The translations under genes were made by a program, and so were the position numbers. A stretch of 64,000 bases of DNA, from IMG/VR virus record IMGVR_UViG_3300032167_000106, positions 4,424 to 68,423 of that record; one strand, written 5' to 3'. This DNA is from a virus (Duplodnaviria; Caudoviricetes). The notes under the pieces were generated by a model. That model did not search any database, had not been told where the DNA came from, and worked only from the letters and a program-made list of their open reading frames with translations. Positions 8,528 through 17,649 of the stretch are shown in pieces. Position 1 is the stretch's first letter. The number at the start of each line of letters is the position of its first letter.

Positions 8528-9049
8528 TTGAGTAAATATACCTTGTACCGGATATATTACGGCGACGACATCGTCTACATAGGTAGGACGAAGCAACCGT
8601 TGCAGAACCGTATCCGTGGGCATCTGTTCGCAAAGCCGATGCACAGAACCATTGCTATCAGTCAGGTGTCGAAGATCGAATACGCAGAGTTCCAGACCGA
8701 AGCGGATATGAACCTGTACGAGATCTACTTCATACTGAAGGTGAAACCTCCGTTAAATGTCGATGATAAGACACGGGACGAGCTGACGGTCAGCCTTCCG
8801 GATGTGGAGTGGAAACGGTGGAGGACGCACCTTTGGGAGAAATGGAAGGATGAGATCCTGCACCGGGAAACCGAGTACGATAAGATGAAGCGAAGGTATC
8901 ACGAGATACCGGAAGCCAAGAGCGTTCTGCGGTCGATGTATGAAATGGGAGAAATCGACGAGAGCGAACTACGGCGAGGTCTTAGGGAGCTCGACAAGGA
9001 ACGCAACATCCTGTACGACAAGATGCGTGGCAATCCACAGCTTTGGTAA
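8528..9049 (+). CDS. GIY-YIG nuclease family protein
   Basis: YTLYRIYY...VYIGRTKQPLQNRIRGH...E; TTG start after GGAGGT. Confidence 0.85.
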   Translation: MSKYTLYRIYYGDDIVYIGRTKQPLQNRIRGHLFAKPMHRTIAISQVSKIEYAEFQTEADMNLYEIYFILKVKPPLNVDDKTRDELTVSLPDVEWKRWRTHLWEKWKDEILHRETEYDKMKRRYHEIPEAKSVLRSMYEMGEIDESELRRGLRELDKERNILYDKMRGNPQLW

Positions 9050-9056
9050 GATGAAG

Positions 9057-9094
9057 AAGACGGAGACCGAGGGAACTCGATCTCCGTCTTTTGT
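9057..9094. terminator. Terminator between convergent genes
   Basis: AAGACGGAGA...TCTCCGTCTT-TTG hairpin. Confidence 0.75.
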
Positions 9095-9098
9095 TGCT

Positions 9099-10112
9099 TC
9101 AGGGGTTGAGCGTATGGTAAAGGGCATCAGATGCCTTCTCATTGGAGCACATGAACTGGATGTTCAGGCCACTGGGGGAGGAAATGTGGATGTTGCCGTA
9201 TTTCATCACCGGGTACTGCCGATTGTTTGCATAACGGCGATCAGGAGAGCCGTCGTTGTTTGCGTATGCCCAGACCTGCTTCACCAGCTCGGAGTCCCGG
9301 GGGACGGGGCCGGTCTCCAAGAAGCCGATGGCAGTGATGTCGATCTTTGCTTCGTTGTAGTCGATGGCACCGAGCTTTCCCTTGTTGAATACGAGGATCC
9401 GATCGGGCATTATGGCGAAGCGGCAGTTTTGTAAGGTGAATACAACAGGCTTGATATTTGTCCGGAGATACCAAGGCAGCTTGCCTCCGGACTTGACCTT
9501 GACGGTCGAAACGGAGTGCTCGATGCCGGCGTTCGTCCGGGTATCCTGGGCCTTGGCGTTTGCGGTGATCTCCTGCAAGGACTGACTGGATGCAACGGCT
9601 CTCCAGGCGGCGGATAGCTTGTTCCATTTCGCTTGCTCTACATCGTCGAACTCGTGCTCAATGTAGTTGCGGCTCAGGATGAACAAGGCAGCACAGGCAG
9701 CGACGCAGATGTAGAAGAAGACCATACCGACTTGAGAGCTTAGGGCAGTCAGGATCACGGCAGCAATGCGGACGATGTTGGCGAACTTGATCTGCTTGAA
9801 CAGCTCCTCGTAGGCTCCGGAACGCAGCTTGTCGATGTCAGCGGATTTGACCTGCTCGACATCGGTGTATCCTGCGTAGGGATCTACCGGCTCTACCTGT
9901 GCAGCAGTCCTGGAGGATCCTCTGTGTGGACCGTGTTCGTCTACATAGCTGATGCCGGTGCCGGGTAGGGACACCGTCTGGCGGGTGCGACCATCTGCTG
10001 TCTTGGTGATGGTGTAACCTTTGACGCCCCAGCTGTAACCGATACCCTTCGTACTCAGGTTTACCCTGAAACCTCCACCGAGCCGTATGCTTTTCCTGTA
10101 TCTAAAGCCCAT
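9099..10112 (-). CDS. DUF4236 domain membrane protein (moron)
   Basis: MGFRYRKSIRLGGGFRVNLSTKGIGYSWG...SLPGTGISY; two TM helices; RBS GGAGGT before ATG 10112. Confidence 0.85.
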   Translation of the reverse strand: MGFRYRKSIRLGGGFRVNLSTKGIGYSWGVKGYTITKTADGRTRQTVSLPGTGISYVDEHGPHRGSSRTAAQVEPVDPYAGYTDVEQVKSADIDKLRSGAYEELFKQIKFANIVRIAAVILTALSSQVGMVFFYICVAACAALFILSRNYIEHEFDDVEQAKWNKLSAAWRAVASSQSLQEITANAKAQDTRTNAGIEHSVSTVKVKSGGKLPWYLRTNIKPVVFTLQNCRFAIMPDRILVFNKGKLGAIDYNEAKIDITAIGFLETGPVPRDSELVKQVWAYANNDGSPDRRYANNRQYPVMKYGNIHISSPSGLNIQFMCSNEKASDALYHTLNP

Positions 10113-10148
10113 AAGTATACCTCCGTATGGCTGGAATTGATAAGATTT

Positions 10149-10177
10149 ATTGTACCAAGGCAGATTTTGGGTGTCAA
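10149..10177 (-). promoter_or_regulatory. Consensus sigma-A promoter of the DUF4236 gene
   Basis: TTGACA-17 nt-TACAAT on the minus strand. Confidence 0.85.
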
Positions 10178-10200
10178 CGAACATCTGGGTAACAGAAATT

Positions 10201-10285
10201 ACCGAATACAGCGTTTTCTGCGGATCTCAGCAATACTTACCTCATTCGGACATCGGCAATCAGCTCCAAACTGTTCGCTTACAGG
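10201..10285 (+). repeat. Intergenic repeat family A, copy 2
   Basis: CCGAATACAGCG...AGCAATACTTACCTCATTCGG...CGGCAATCAGCTCCAAACTGTTCGC. Confidence 0.85.
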
Positions 10286-10392
10286 ACACATCTTGTCTGC
10301 AAGAAGGGCACGGATTTTGAAGTCGATCAGGTGCGTTTGGTAAACGGAAACGAGGACGGAGAAAAATATTTTCGGAAATCACGAAATTACTA

Positions 10393-10420
10393 TTGACACC
10401 GGAGGTAGGTATGTTAAAGT
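10393..10420 (+). promoter_or_regulatory. Repeated phage promoter P2
   Basis: TTGACA-CCGGAGGTAGGTATGT-TAAAGT, 16-nt spacer. Confidence 0.8.
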
Positions 10421-10465
10421 ATAGTTAAGGAAGAAATTCCAGACCAGTATTAGGAGGAACCCGCA

Positions 10466-10840
10466 ATGAAAGAAACGATGATTACCCCTGATGGATTGAA
10501 GCTGACCGCCAAATATCGTGCGGTCTATCAGAACCGCAATATGAAAGCCGAAGGTCGCTGTATGTGCGTCAGCAACCCGAAGAAGCAGGGTCAGGGCTTG
10601 GCAGCGTCACAGCTGTTCGACACACCGGAGGAGGCAAAGGCTGAACTGGTGAAGCTGATCCGGAAATACAACAAGGGTGCCCGGATCGAGACCACCGCTT
10701 GCGGTATGATCGGCATTGATCTCGTTATCAACGAGGAAGATGCAAAGTATATGGAGATCGTCTACTGGGAGATCGAGAAGCAGTGGCGTAGCAACTGGGA
10801 AGTCGTGGACAGCCCGGAACACCCCGCTAAATCCGAATAA
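10466..10840 (+). CDS. Hypothetical protein, first gene after P2
   Basis: RBS AGGAGG. Confidence 0.75.
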   Translation: MKETMITPDGLKLTAKYRAVYQNRNMKAEGRCMCVSNPKKQGQGLAASQLFDTPEEAKAELVKLIRKYNKGARIETTACGMIGIDLVINEEDAKYMEIVYWEIEKQWRSNWEVVDSPEHPAKSE

Positions 10841-10961
10841 ACCAGCGGCACGAGGCGTAAATGAAAAAGACCTAAATCTACATACCCCGAATAAAAGTGG
10901 CTCCCAGGGGCGGCAAACGCCCTTGGGTTGCCAATCGGTAAACAGAAAGGAAGCAGCGGTA

Positions 10962-11219
10962 ATGACGAAGAAGCAGATGGAAGCCTTGAAACCCGGCGAC
11001 ATCGTAGTCGAAAAGGCGACAGGCGACCAGTTTAAGTTCGTGAACCTGGCAGAAGTGAAAGATGTAAAGTTCCTGCCGGGACGAGTAGATTTCACCAACC
11101 CGAGAAAAGAGCTCGCCGTCGAACTGATCCCTGGGTTTGAGTATTCCAGAAAGATGTATCCAGGCGGAAAGTATTTCTACTTCAAGCATACACAGATGGC
11201 GGTGAAGGAGGAGCAATGA
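10962..11219 (+). CDS. Hypothetical protein
   Basis: RBS AAAGGAAG, ATG 10962. Confidence 0.7.
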   Translation: MTKKQMEALKPGDIVVEKATGDQFKFVNLAEVKDVKFLPGRVDFTNPRKELAVELIPGFEYSRKMYPGGKYFYFKHTQMAVKEEQ

Positions 11220-11602
11220 ACAAGTACGAGAAGATCTACAATGAAGCTGCCAGAAACGGCGGAAATCCAAAGTGGATGAACACCTGCATCAGGCCGCTTG
11301 CGGCTGACCTTGAAGAACTGACCGGACTGAAAGCGGAAGTGAGTGGTCCTTACGGCCTCCGGGCAGAGTGTGTTATCTACCTGAACAAGGATGGCGGAGA
11401 AGGCAATCGGAAGTACCTGGTCCTGACACCGGACTTCTATCACAAGGATAACCATATTGAAATCCAGTTTTTCTACGATACGGGCGAAACGGATGAGAGA
11501 TACCCGGCGAACTCCTTGGGCGATTACAACGGATTCAACAATGTGTCGGCAAGGCTTCCGGATACCCTTGAAGAAATTGCGGCACTGCTACGAACCTACT
11601 AA
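11216..11602 (+). CDS. Hypothetical protein
   Basis: RBS AAGGAGG, ATGA overlap. Confidence 0.75.
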   Translation: MNKYEKIYNEAARNGGNPKWMNTCIRPLAADLEELTGLKAEVSGPYGLRAECVIYLNKDGGEGNRKYLVLTPDFYHKDNHIEIQFFYDTGETDERYPANSLGDYNGFNNVSARLPDTLEEIAALLRTY

Positions 11603-11614
11603 GGAGGCGAAGAT

Positions 11615-11821
11615 ATGAGACTGAAAGTTAATGACACCAACGAGTTCAACCTGACACTGGATCTGAATGTCGACTATGAGAATGAGCGTATCACCGCAGT
11701 TGTTCACTTCTGGAATAAGCTGCAACACCAGACAACGACCTGGGAGTACGCAGCAAACGAGTTCGATCAGGCATTGGCGACATACCGCCAGCTCGAAAAG
11801 ACCTACTTTGGTGGCAAATAG
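11615..11821 (+). CDS. Hypothetical protein
   Basis: RBS AAGGAGG. Confidence 0.7.
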   Translation: MRLKVNDTNEFNLTLDLNVDYENERITAVVHFWNKLQHQTTTWEYAANEFDQALATYRQLEKTYFGGK

Positions 11822-11832
11822 GAGGTAAGGCT

Positions 11833-12021
11833 ATGTACAAAATTTGGTTCCGTTACATCAAGGGCGGCAAGGTCGTATCCGAAGGCCAGTCGTACAATAG
11901 CTACGAAAGAAAGTGCGATGCGACTCGGGTTGCGAAGAAGCAGTTCACCGATCTTTCGGAAGAAACTACCTGCGAGTGGGTGGTTGCCCGTGAGTACCCT
12001 TGGGAAGATAAGGAGGTTTAG
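11833..12021 (+). CDS. Hypothetical protein
   Basis: RBS GGAGGT. Confidence 0.7.
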   Translation: MYKIWFRYIKGGKVVSEGQSYNSYERKCDATRVAKKQFTDLSEETTCEWVVAREYPWEDKEV

Positions 12022-12023
12022 AA

Positions 12024-12212
12024 ATGCAAGAATGGGCATACGAGAAAGCGAAGATGGCTGTCGAAGATAATGAGTGCAATGTAGAGGAGATCTACCACGG
12101 CATTGCTTTCCTCTACCACACAGACATTATCAGCCACGAACAGTATAAGAACCTGATGAAGCTGTTCGATGAGAAGCACTACGGGTACATGGTGGGGGCG
12201 AGCTACGAATGA
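12024..12212 (+). CDS. Hypothetical protein
   Basis: RBS AGGAGGT. Confidence 0.7.
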   Translation: MQEWAYEKAKMAVEDNECNVEEIYHGIAFLYHTDIISHEQYKNLMKLFDEKHYGYMVGASYE

Positions 12213-12553
12213 AAAGTCTGAAGAAGCGGTTGATCCAGAAAGCCGAGGAGCTCGACTGGAATGTAACGGTTGAGAAAAAGGAATGGACATTCCAACAGCA
12301 CTCGCCAGCCGGTGAGGATTTCTTCTTCTATATCACCGTGGAGAACCCGAAGGATCTGTGGCGTGAAGTGCGTAGATATGCAAACGACTTCGACCCCGAT
12401 GAACACATCGAGATGTGGGTTGAAGCCAAGCATAACGGCAGAGAAGGCATCCCCAGTATCCGTGAGCTTGTCGAAGACGCAGACGAAATCGACAAGATGC
12501 TGGATGCACTGGCAGATGCTCTGTACGAGGTAACCGAGGAGGGAAAAGAATGA
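12209..12553 (+). CDS. Hypothetical protein
   Basis: ATGA overlap; SPAGEDF motif. Confidence 0.75.
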   Translation: MKSLKKRLIQKAEELDWNVTVEKKEWTFQQHSPAGEDFFFYITVENPKDLWREVRRYANDFDPDEHIEMWVEAKHNGREGIPSIRELVEDADEIDKMLDALADALYEVTEEGKE

Positions 12554-12861
12554 GCAACGAGTTCAAGAACACCTGCGTGAAATCCACGCAGATCTATTCG
12601 CCGCAGGCGTTCGTGGAAGCGGTGACGGGATATTGTTACTGCTTCAATCACGAGGATACGATAAAGGAGATCGAGCAGAAGCTGGAACGGCACTGCTCCC
12701 AGACCCTTTGGAACTACCCGATCACGGAGATCGAGCACATTGTTGAGAACGGGCTTAGCGTGGTGCTGGTGGATGTAACCGGTATGTACGGCGGTAGCGA
12801 GATGGTTCGGATGTACCGGTGGTTCGAGGTGCCCGAAGGTTTTGAGGAGGGCGGAGAATGA
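12550..12861 (+). CDS. Hypothetical protein
   Basis: ATGA overlap. Confidence 0.7.
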   Translation: MSNEFKNTCVKSTQIYSPQAFVEAVTGYCYCFNHEDTIKEIEQKLERHCSQTLWNYPITEIEHIVENGLSVVLVDVTGMYGGSEMVRMYRWFEVPEGFEEGGE

Positions 12862-13373
12862 TCGTTGGTACTAAAGTCTGCCCCGAATGTCGCTACTATG
12901 TAAGCGTGAATGTCCAGTTCAACAAAGACGGCCAACCGTTTTGGGTTTGTCCGCACTGCGGCAAGGTCAACAAGGAGCATAACTGGTATGAGTATGTCAG
13001 CCACAAGGAGGCTATCGAGATCATCGAGCACCGTGGCCGGCGTGGCTTGTTTGTAGAGAACACCGGTTCCAAGTTCGTCGGCATCGATAATTCGACCGGT
13101 GATGCCTGGACTGAGGAGTTCGCAAGCATTACAGAGTGCTTGCGATGGTTGGCCGGGGAACATAAGGCAGCCATCGAGCAGAACCGGCGGAAAGATGGAT
13201 ATGTTACCGGCGGCGGTCCTGCTGAGGATGTTGAGCTCTGCCTGCACCGGTGCCTTAGCTGCGGCCATACCTGGTACGAGGACTGCAATGCGGAGAAGAA
13301 CCCGGGCTGGTGCCCCGGATGCGGCAAGGAATTGAAAAGAAAGGCAGCGTGGTACGGAAATGACAAAGGATGA
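12858..13373 (+). CDS. Protein with N- and C-terminal zinc ribbons
   Basis: CPEC...CPHC and CLSC...CPGC. Confidence 0.7.
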   Translation: MIVGTKVCPECRYYVSVNVQFNKDGQPFWVCPHCGKVNKEHNWYEYVSHKEAIEIIEHRGRRGLFVENTGSKFVGIDNSTGDAWTEEFASITECLRWLAGEHKAAIEQNRRKDGYVTGGGPAEDVELCLHRCLSCGHTWYEDCNAEKNPGWCPGCGKELKRKAAWYGNDKG

Positions 13374-13770
13374 ATTGAGAGAATGTTTCCACCAAGGGTT
13401 TACGCTTGAATGGGCGTTACCGCCTACGCAGGGGCAGGAGTGCCTGATCTACAAGGCGGAGCAGTTTAGAACGGACGATACGATCATCTACATCCCGGAT
13501 ATGACCCTGAACAACATCACGGTGTTCTCGGTGCCGGTAGATGAAGATGTTGACTACACCCTGAACCGTTGCTATACCGGTGCCGATTTTGTTGAGCTCT
13601 GTGAGGGCGACGAAGCTCTTGCCTACCGGTTGTTCTGTTACTGCGACTGGCAGCATCCCAGTTCTGCGTTCCCCGAAGTCGATTATGACGACGAGGAGGA
13701 CAAGGCGTGGGTGAAGCAAGCCTACGAGACTGCAAAGAAAGAAGGTAGAGTGTATGTTAAAGCTCAGTGA
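13360..13770 (+). CDS. Hypothetical protein
   Basis: ORF track; overlapping stop and start. Confidence 0.7.
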   Translation: MTKDELRECFHQGFTLEWALPPTQGQECLIYKAEQFRTDDTIIYIPDMTLNNITVFSVPVDEDVDYTLNRCYTGADFVELCEGDEALAYRLFCYCDWQHPSSAFPEVDYDDEEDKAWVKQAYETAKKEGRVYVKAQ

Positions 13771-14320
13771 CCTGATCCAGCTTGAAAAGAAGGTGGACAT
13801 CGACATCGGCAAGGCTCATTGGCAGGATACCGATGTGGAATTAGGTAGGATCCGCACCGTAGTTGAGATGGACGGGCGGTATTACCTCCGGGAGCTCACC
13901 GATGGAGAGATCACAGCGTTCTTTGAGGTTGCGGTAGACTGGAAGATCAACGCACAGAAGACGCAGTTTGCTTTCACCCCTGATGATCGCCACATTTACT
14001 ACTTCTGCACAGGCCAGAAGATCCGGTACTCAGTCCGGTGCCTGGATTACGACCAGGTAAAGACCGGCGACACCTGTACATACAACGGAATGACCGCTGA
14101 GTTCGTTCACGATGGCAAGATCAGGCTCAACGGCAAGGATATTCCGGTCCAGACTGACCCGAATTACACTTACAGCCTGCTGAAAAAGAAGATCAAAGCC
14201 ATCGGCGGAGCCCGGGGGCTGTTTATCTTCCTTGACCAGATTGCAGAAGAAGCAACAACAGGTACGCTGCCGCTGTTCGAGGCGGTTTGGAAGAAAATTG
14301 CCGATCAATACGGCGTATAA
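13754..14320 (+). CDS. Hypothetical protein
   Basis: ORF track. Confidence 0.7.
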   Translation: MLKLSDLIQLEKKVDIDIGKAHWQDTDVELGRIRTVVEMDGRYYLRELTDGEITAFFEVAVDWKINAQKTQFAFTPDDRHIYYFCTGQKIRYSVRCLDYDQVKTGDTCTYNGMTAEFVHDGKIRLNGKDIPVQTDPNYTYSLLKKKIKAIGGARGLFIFLDQIAEEATTGTLPLFEAVWKKIADQYGV

Positions 14321-14335
14321 GACTGGAGGTACAGT

Positions 14336-14722
14336 ATGGCAAAGGAAATTCCGTTTGAAGGAGAAGCTGTTACCCGTTTTCGGGTGTACCCGACAGCAAT
14401 GGACAACATCCTGTTCACATTCTGCGTCCTTGGCGAGAAGGAAAAGAGATGGTGGGAGAAGACTTTTGTTCCCGCCTGCCATAATGTGAAGCATTACTGG
14501 GAACTGGTGTCCAAGGGCAAGACCCTGTGCGTCATCGACAAGGCCACGGGGAACACACATCACATCGACAGCGAGAATTTGATGCAGGGCATCCGGATGT
14601 GGATCGAAAGTGGTGAGGGGACGATCACAAATGGCTCAATCGACATCCGCTATGATGAAACCAGAGCCGATCACATCGTACAGTATGCGATTTTCGGGAG
14701 GGTTAAGTATGAGTTGGGTTAG
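14336..14722 (+). CDS. Hypothetical protein, paralogous to the C-terminal half of 16593-17249
   Basis: RBS GGAGGT; ends ADHIVQYAIFGRVKY. Confidence 0.75.
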   Translation: MAKEIPFEGEAVTRFRVYPTAMDNILFTFCVLGEKEKRWWEKTFVPACHNVKHYWELVSKGKTLCVIDKATGNTHHIDSENLMQGIRMWIESGEGTITNGSIDIRYDETRADHIVQYAIFGRVKYELG

Positions 14723-14921
14723 ATTACCTTGCTCCACCAAGGAAAACGACATCGGGAAGAAGAACTGCGACTGGGTCATTGAGCAGGCGAGAGAGGTAAA
14801 GGCTCTGCTGTCCTATAATTCCGCACCTATGATCGCTGCGAACCGGGTTAGAGCCCTGTCTGCGATTGAAACAGCTATGAGTTCCCTGCGGGATCTACAG
14901 GCGTACATCGAAAGCGTGTAG
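14709..14921 (+). CDS. Hypothetical protein
   Basis: In-frame ATG 14709. Confidence 0.55.
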   Translation: MSWVRLPCSTKENDIGKKNCDWVIEQAREVKALLSYNSAPMIAANRVRALSAIETAMSSLRDLQAYIESV

Positions 14922-14933
14922 GAGGTAGCGTTT

Positions 14934-15095
14934 ATGAAAGAATTTACCGTTAAGGTTGTCGCTCAGATGACCGGCTATGCCCACATTGAAGCAGCAAGCG
15001 AAGATGAGGCTATCCGGAAGGCGAAGGAACTGTACGAGAACCGGGAAATGGACTGGTATGAAGAAAAACTCGCATCCTGTGAGGTGGAGGATTGA
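14934..15095 (+). CDS. DpnD/PcfM-like small protein (53 aa)
   Basis: Read by hand: MKEFTVKVVAQMTGYAHIEAASEDEAIRKAKELYEN; RBS GGAGGT. Confidence 0.7.
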   Translation: MKEFTVKVVAQMTGYAHIEAASEDEAIRKAKELYENREMDWYEEKLASCEVED

Positions 15096-15100
15096 AAACA

Positions 15101-15286
15101 ATGGTGAAGAAGGTTAAGGACTTCTTGTTGATGGTGCTGGCTACCCTGATAGCCCTGCCGTTCTTGATTATTGGATTTGTACGATGGCTCGTTCTTCCGT
15201 CGCCTGACGATTGCAAGGGCTGCCCGAAGGCAGGAGAAAACTGCGGCGACTGCAAGAGTCACCCAAGGAATTTTCCGGACTGGTAA
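15101..15286 (+). CDS. Small membrane protein with Cys-rich tail
   Basis: TM helix then DCKGCP...NCGDC. Confidence 0.65.
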   Translation: MVKKVKDFLLMVLATLIALPFLIIGFVRWLVLPSPDDCKGCPKAGENCGDCKSHPRNFPDW

Positions 15287-15360
15287 TGTCCGTAGGAGCC
15301 AAAACTGCGGATGCTGACATACCTACACTCATCCGGAACCCGGCAAATTGCTCCATCAGG
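15285..15360 (+). repeat. Intergenic repeat family A, copy 3
   Basis: AATGTCCG...GAGCCAAAAC...CATACCTACACTCATCCGGAACCCGGCAAATTGCTCCAT. Confidence 0.8.
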
Positions 15361-15430
15361 CAATTCGGGTTCCGTTTGTCAGCGAATACGAATACTTTTG
15401 AAAATATTTTGAAAAAATCCGTAATTCTTA

Positions 15431-15458
15431 TTGACTTAGGCGGTAGGTAAGTTAAGAT
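15431..15458 (+). promoter_or_regulatory. Repeated phage promoter P3
   Basis: TTGACT-TAGGCGGTAGGTAAGT-TAAGAT. Confidence 0.85.
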
Positions 15459-15501
15459 AAGTATGTAGATAAACCACCCCGAATAACAAGGAGGAAACGA
15501 A

Positions 15502-15810
15502 ATGGAACTGAAGCTCGTTGAAGCATTTGAGGTAGACGACAGAAAGGTTGACCGTTACGAGATCGGCGATTATGAAGTGATTGCCCGGACATATAGCTGG
15601 GGTTGTCGAGTAGAAGTTAGCACCGTGAACAGAGAAAGATATTTGCCTGACATCTACTGCAGAACCGACGGAGGTGAAATCGTCGGATTTAAGGTGCAGA
15701 CCACATCCTACGGTACACTTCCGGTCGACGAGGTAAAGAAGGTCGTCGATGGACTGAACGAGGCAATCGAGGTTGTCGAGATCCTGACCAAGACCTTCGT
15801 TGGGAAGTAA
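15502..15810 (+). CDS. Hypothetical protein, first gene after P3
   Basis: RBS AAGGAGG. Confidence 0.75.
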   Translation: MELKLVEAFEVDDRKVDRYEIGDYEVIARTYSWGCRVEVSTVNRERYLPDIYCRTDGGEIVGFKVQTTSYGTLPVDEVKKVVDGLNEAIEVVEILTKTFVGK

Positions 15811-15827
15811 GACTGGAGGTGTACAAG

Positions 15828-16145
15828 ATGACCCTGAGTGGAATGAAGGCGATCCGGTACTTCTCTTGGATGAATGATTTCCTCGATTTCACGGTGATCG
15901 TTCCAGAGAAGCAGGCGGACGAGGCAGCCGAGCTGATTAAGAAGGCTCTCGATATGTACTGGGACGATGAATACGAAACCTACGGCGACGCAGTATACGG
16001 CGAACTCAACGGTGCTGGTATCCCGTTCTTTATGATCGGGCAGCCGTGGAACGATAAGAGCGATTGCCCGGACACGAGCGTAATGGACTACGAGAAGTGG
16101 CTGGATGAATTTGACGAGGGTGATGTCATCACCTTGCACAGCTGA
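15828..16145 (+). CDS. Acidic hypothetical protein
   Basis: RBS GGAGGT, ATG 15828. Confidence 0.7.
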   Translation: MTLSGMKAIRYFSWMNDFLDFTVIVPEKQADEAAELIKKALDMYWDDEYETYGDAVYGELNGAGIPFFMIGQPWNDKSDCPDTSVMDYEKWLDEFDEGDVITLHS

Positions 16146-16159
16146 TAGGAGGAACTGAA

Positions 16160-16516
16160 ATGAAAGCAATCCTGTATGTGGATGACGGATACGGTGATTT
16201 CTACGAGATTGGCCAGTACCCGAATATGATCGCCGCTGAAAAGGCGATGTACCAGTCCTACGACGGCGGAAAGCACGAAGACCACCGGATTAAGTGGGAT
16301 GGTAGGCTGTACCATTACCCGTCTTACAAGCTCTGCTTGTCCCCTTGCCGCAGATGCGGAGAAGAAGCCAGAGTCAACGAAATGCAGCTGACCCACGACT
16401 GCCACGGGATCCCGTACCGGAGTGTATGCCCGAAGTGCTACGACCAAGTTCGGCGGATCGGATACGACGGTGTTAGGTACGGTGTTGGAGACGAGAACCT
16501 CGACTACGATTACTGA
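16160..16516 (+). CDS. Hypothetical protein with CRRC...CPKC zinc finger
   Basis: RBS AGGAGG. Confidence 0.75.
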   Translation: MKAILYVDDGYGDFYEIGQYPNMIAAEKAMYQSYDGGKHEDHRIKWDGRLYHYPSYKLCLSPCRRCGEEARVNEMQLTHDCHGIPYRSVCPKCYDQVRRIGYDGVRYGVGDENLDYDY

Positions 16517-16528
16517 TCGTAGTTTTTT
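16503..16528 (+). terminator. Intrinsic terminator overlapping a stop codon
   Basis: ACTACGAT-TACTG-ATCGTAGT-TTTTT. Confidence 0.7.
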
Positions 16529-16540
16529 GATAGCCAGGAG

Positions 16541-16554
16541 TTACCGATTGGTAA
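16541..16554. promoter_or_regulatory. Palindromic operator TTACCGATTGGTAA
   Basis: Exact reverse complement of the 3426 and 40932 site. Confidence 0.75.
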
Positions 16555-16592
16555 ACCGTAAGAATACAACGGAAACGAAAGGAAGGATCTGT

Positions 16593-17249
16593 ATGGTTGA
16601 AAAGATCATCGAAAACTGGAGCAAGGCACAAAAGTCCGGTGCTTGGCTCCCTTGCCCTCGCTGCGGACTGCTGACAATGAAGGAGGATCTTGACGACAAC
16701 CCCGTCAGTCGCAGATGTGATGTTTATATCTGCGAGGAGTGCGGAACCCAGGAGGCGATCGAAGATATGCCTTATAGCGGCTGCCCCGAGGGCGAACTGA
16801 AAAAGCTTCCGTTCGAGGCGTGGTTCCTGAGTCGTAACATCTACCGCCAGTCCGGTATCGTCCGGAAAGGCAAAGGATTTGAAGTGACCGCAACGCAGAA
16901 TATCTTCCTGCGGGTGCAGGACATCGACGACATTATGGTCGGTGCATTGGAGGGCGGCATCAACTACTGGGCTGACTCCGCCGATGTGATCGAGGAGAAG
17001 CGAGTGGCCGATTGGGGTCACGAGCAGATTGCCCGGGGCGGTGTCCTGATGATCCACGACTTTGAAGATGATGTAACCCACGAGTTGACCTTGGATAAAT
17101 TCCTGACCGGTTTCAAACTTTGGGTGGAGCAGGGTCTTGACCACTACAACGCAGTCTGTGGTAAGACGGTGGACTGTTGCAAAATCGACGCAACCTGTGC
17201 TGACAATATCATTCAGCTCGCTCTGTTTGGGGAGGTAGTATATGGGTGA
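16593..17249 (+). CDS. Two-domain hypothetical protein: CPRC...ICEEC zinc finger plus a domain shared with 14336-14722
   Basis: RBS AAAGGAAGG, ATG 16593. Confidence 0.75.
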   Translation: MVEKIIENWSKAQKSGAWLPCPRCGLLTMKEDLDDNPVSRRCDVYICEECGTQEAIEDMPYSGCPEGELKKLPFEAWFLSRNIYRQSGIVRKGKGFEVTATQNIFLRVQDIDDIMVGALEGGINYWADSADVIEEKRVADWGHEQIARGGVLMIHDFEDDVTHELTLDKFLTGFKLWVEQGLDHYNAVCGKTVDCCKIDATCADNIIQLALFGEVVYG

Positions 17250-17649
17250 GTTGAAGGTACTGACCGTGCGTCAGCTTGCAGAGCATATCGCCAGCCAGAT
17301 CAATCTGGAGGATGTGATGAAGACCGAGTTCCCGGCCTGCGACTTCGGCCTTATCGACACGGATGGCGAGACGGTATTCGATCAGGAGGAGCTTGAGTTC
17401 CTGCACTCTGGCGTTTGTGGATGGTACGGCATCAAGAATGTCGATACCGGGTTTGACAGCTATGTGCTGGTACTGATCGCTGATTATTACGGGGGCAGCT
17501 GTGCTGAACTGACCCAGATCTACGACGGCATTAGCTTGAAAGATGCCGAGAATGAGATCTGCCGCATAATCCTTAACAGCTTAAAGCATCAGGAAGAAGC
17601 GGATGAGACGACGCTGATGGTGGTCGAATTTGGTGGAGGTAGTAAGTGA
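17242..17649 (+). CDS. Hypothetical protein
   Basis: ORF track; overlap. Confidence 0.7.
   Translation: MGELKVLTVRQLAEHIASQINLEDVMKTEFPACDFGLIDTDGETVFDQEELEFLHSGVCGWYGIKNVDTGFDSYVLVLIADYYGGSCAELTQIYDGISLKDAENEICRIILNSLKHQEEADETTLMVVEFGGGSK

Noticed and set aside
10905-10927. CCCAGGGGCG-GCAA-ACGCCCTTGGG hairpin as a c-di-GMP riboswitch or ribozyme
   Set aside because: Only one GNRA-like hairpin; the second stem and conserved core are missing; it overlaps repeat family B
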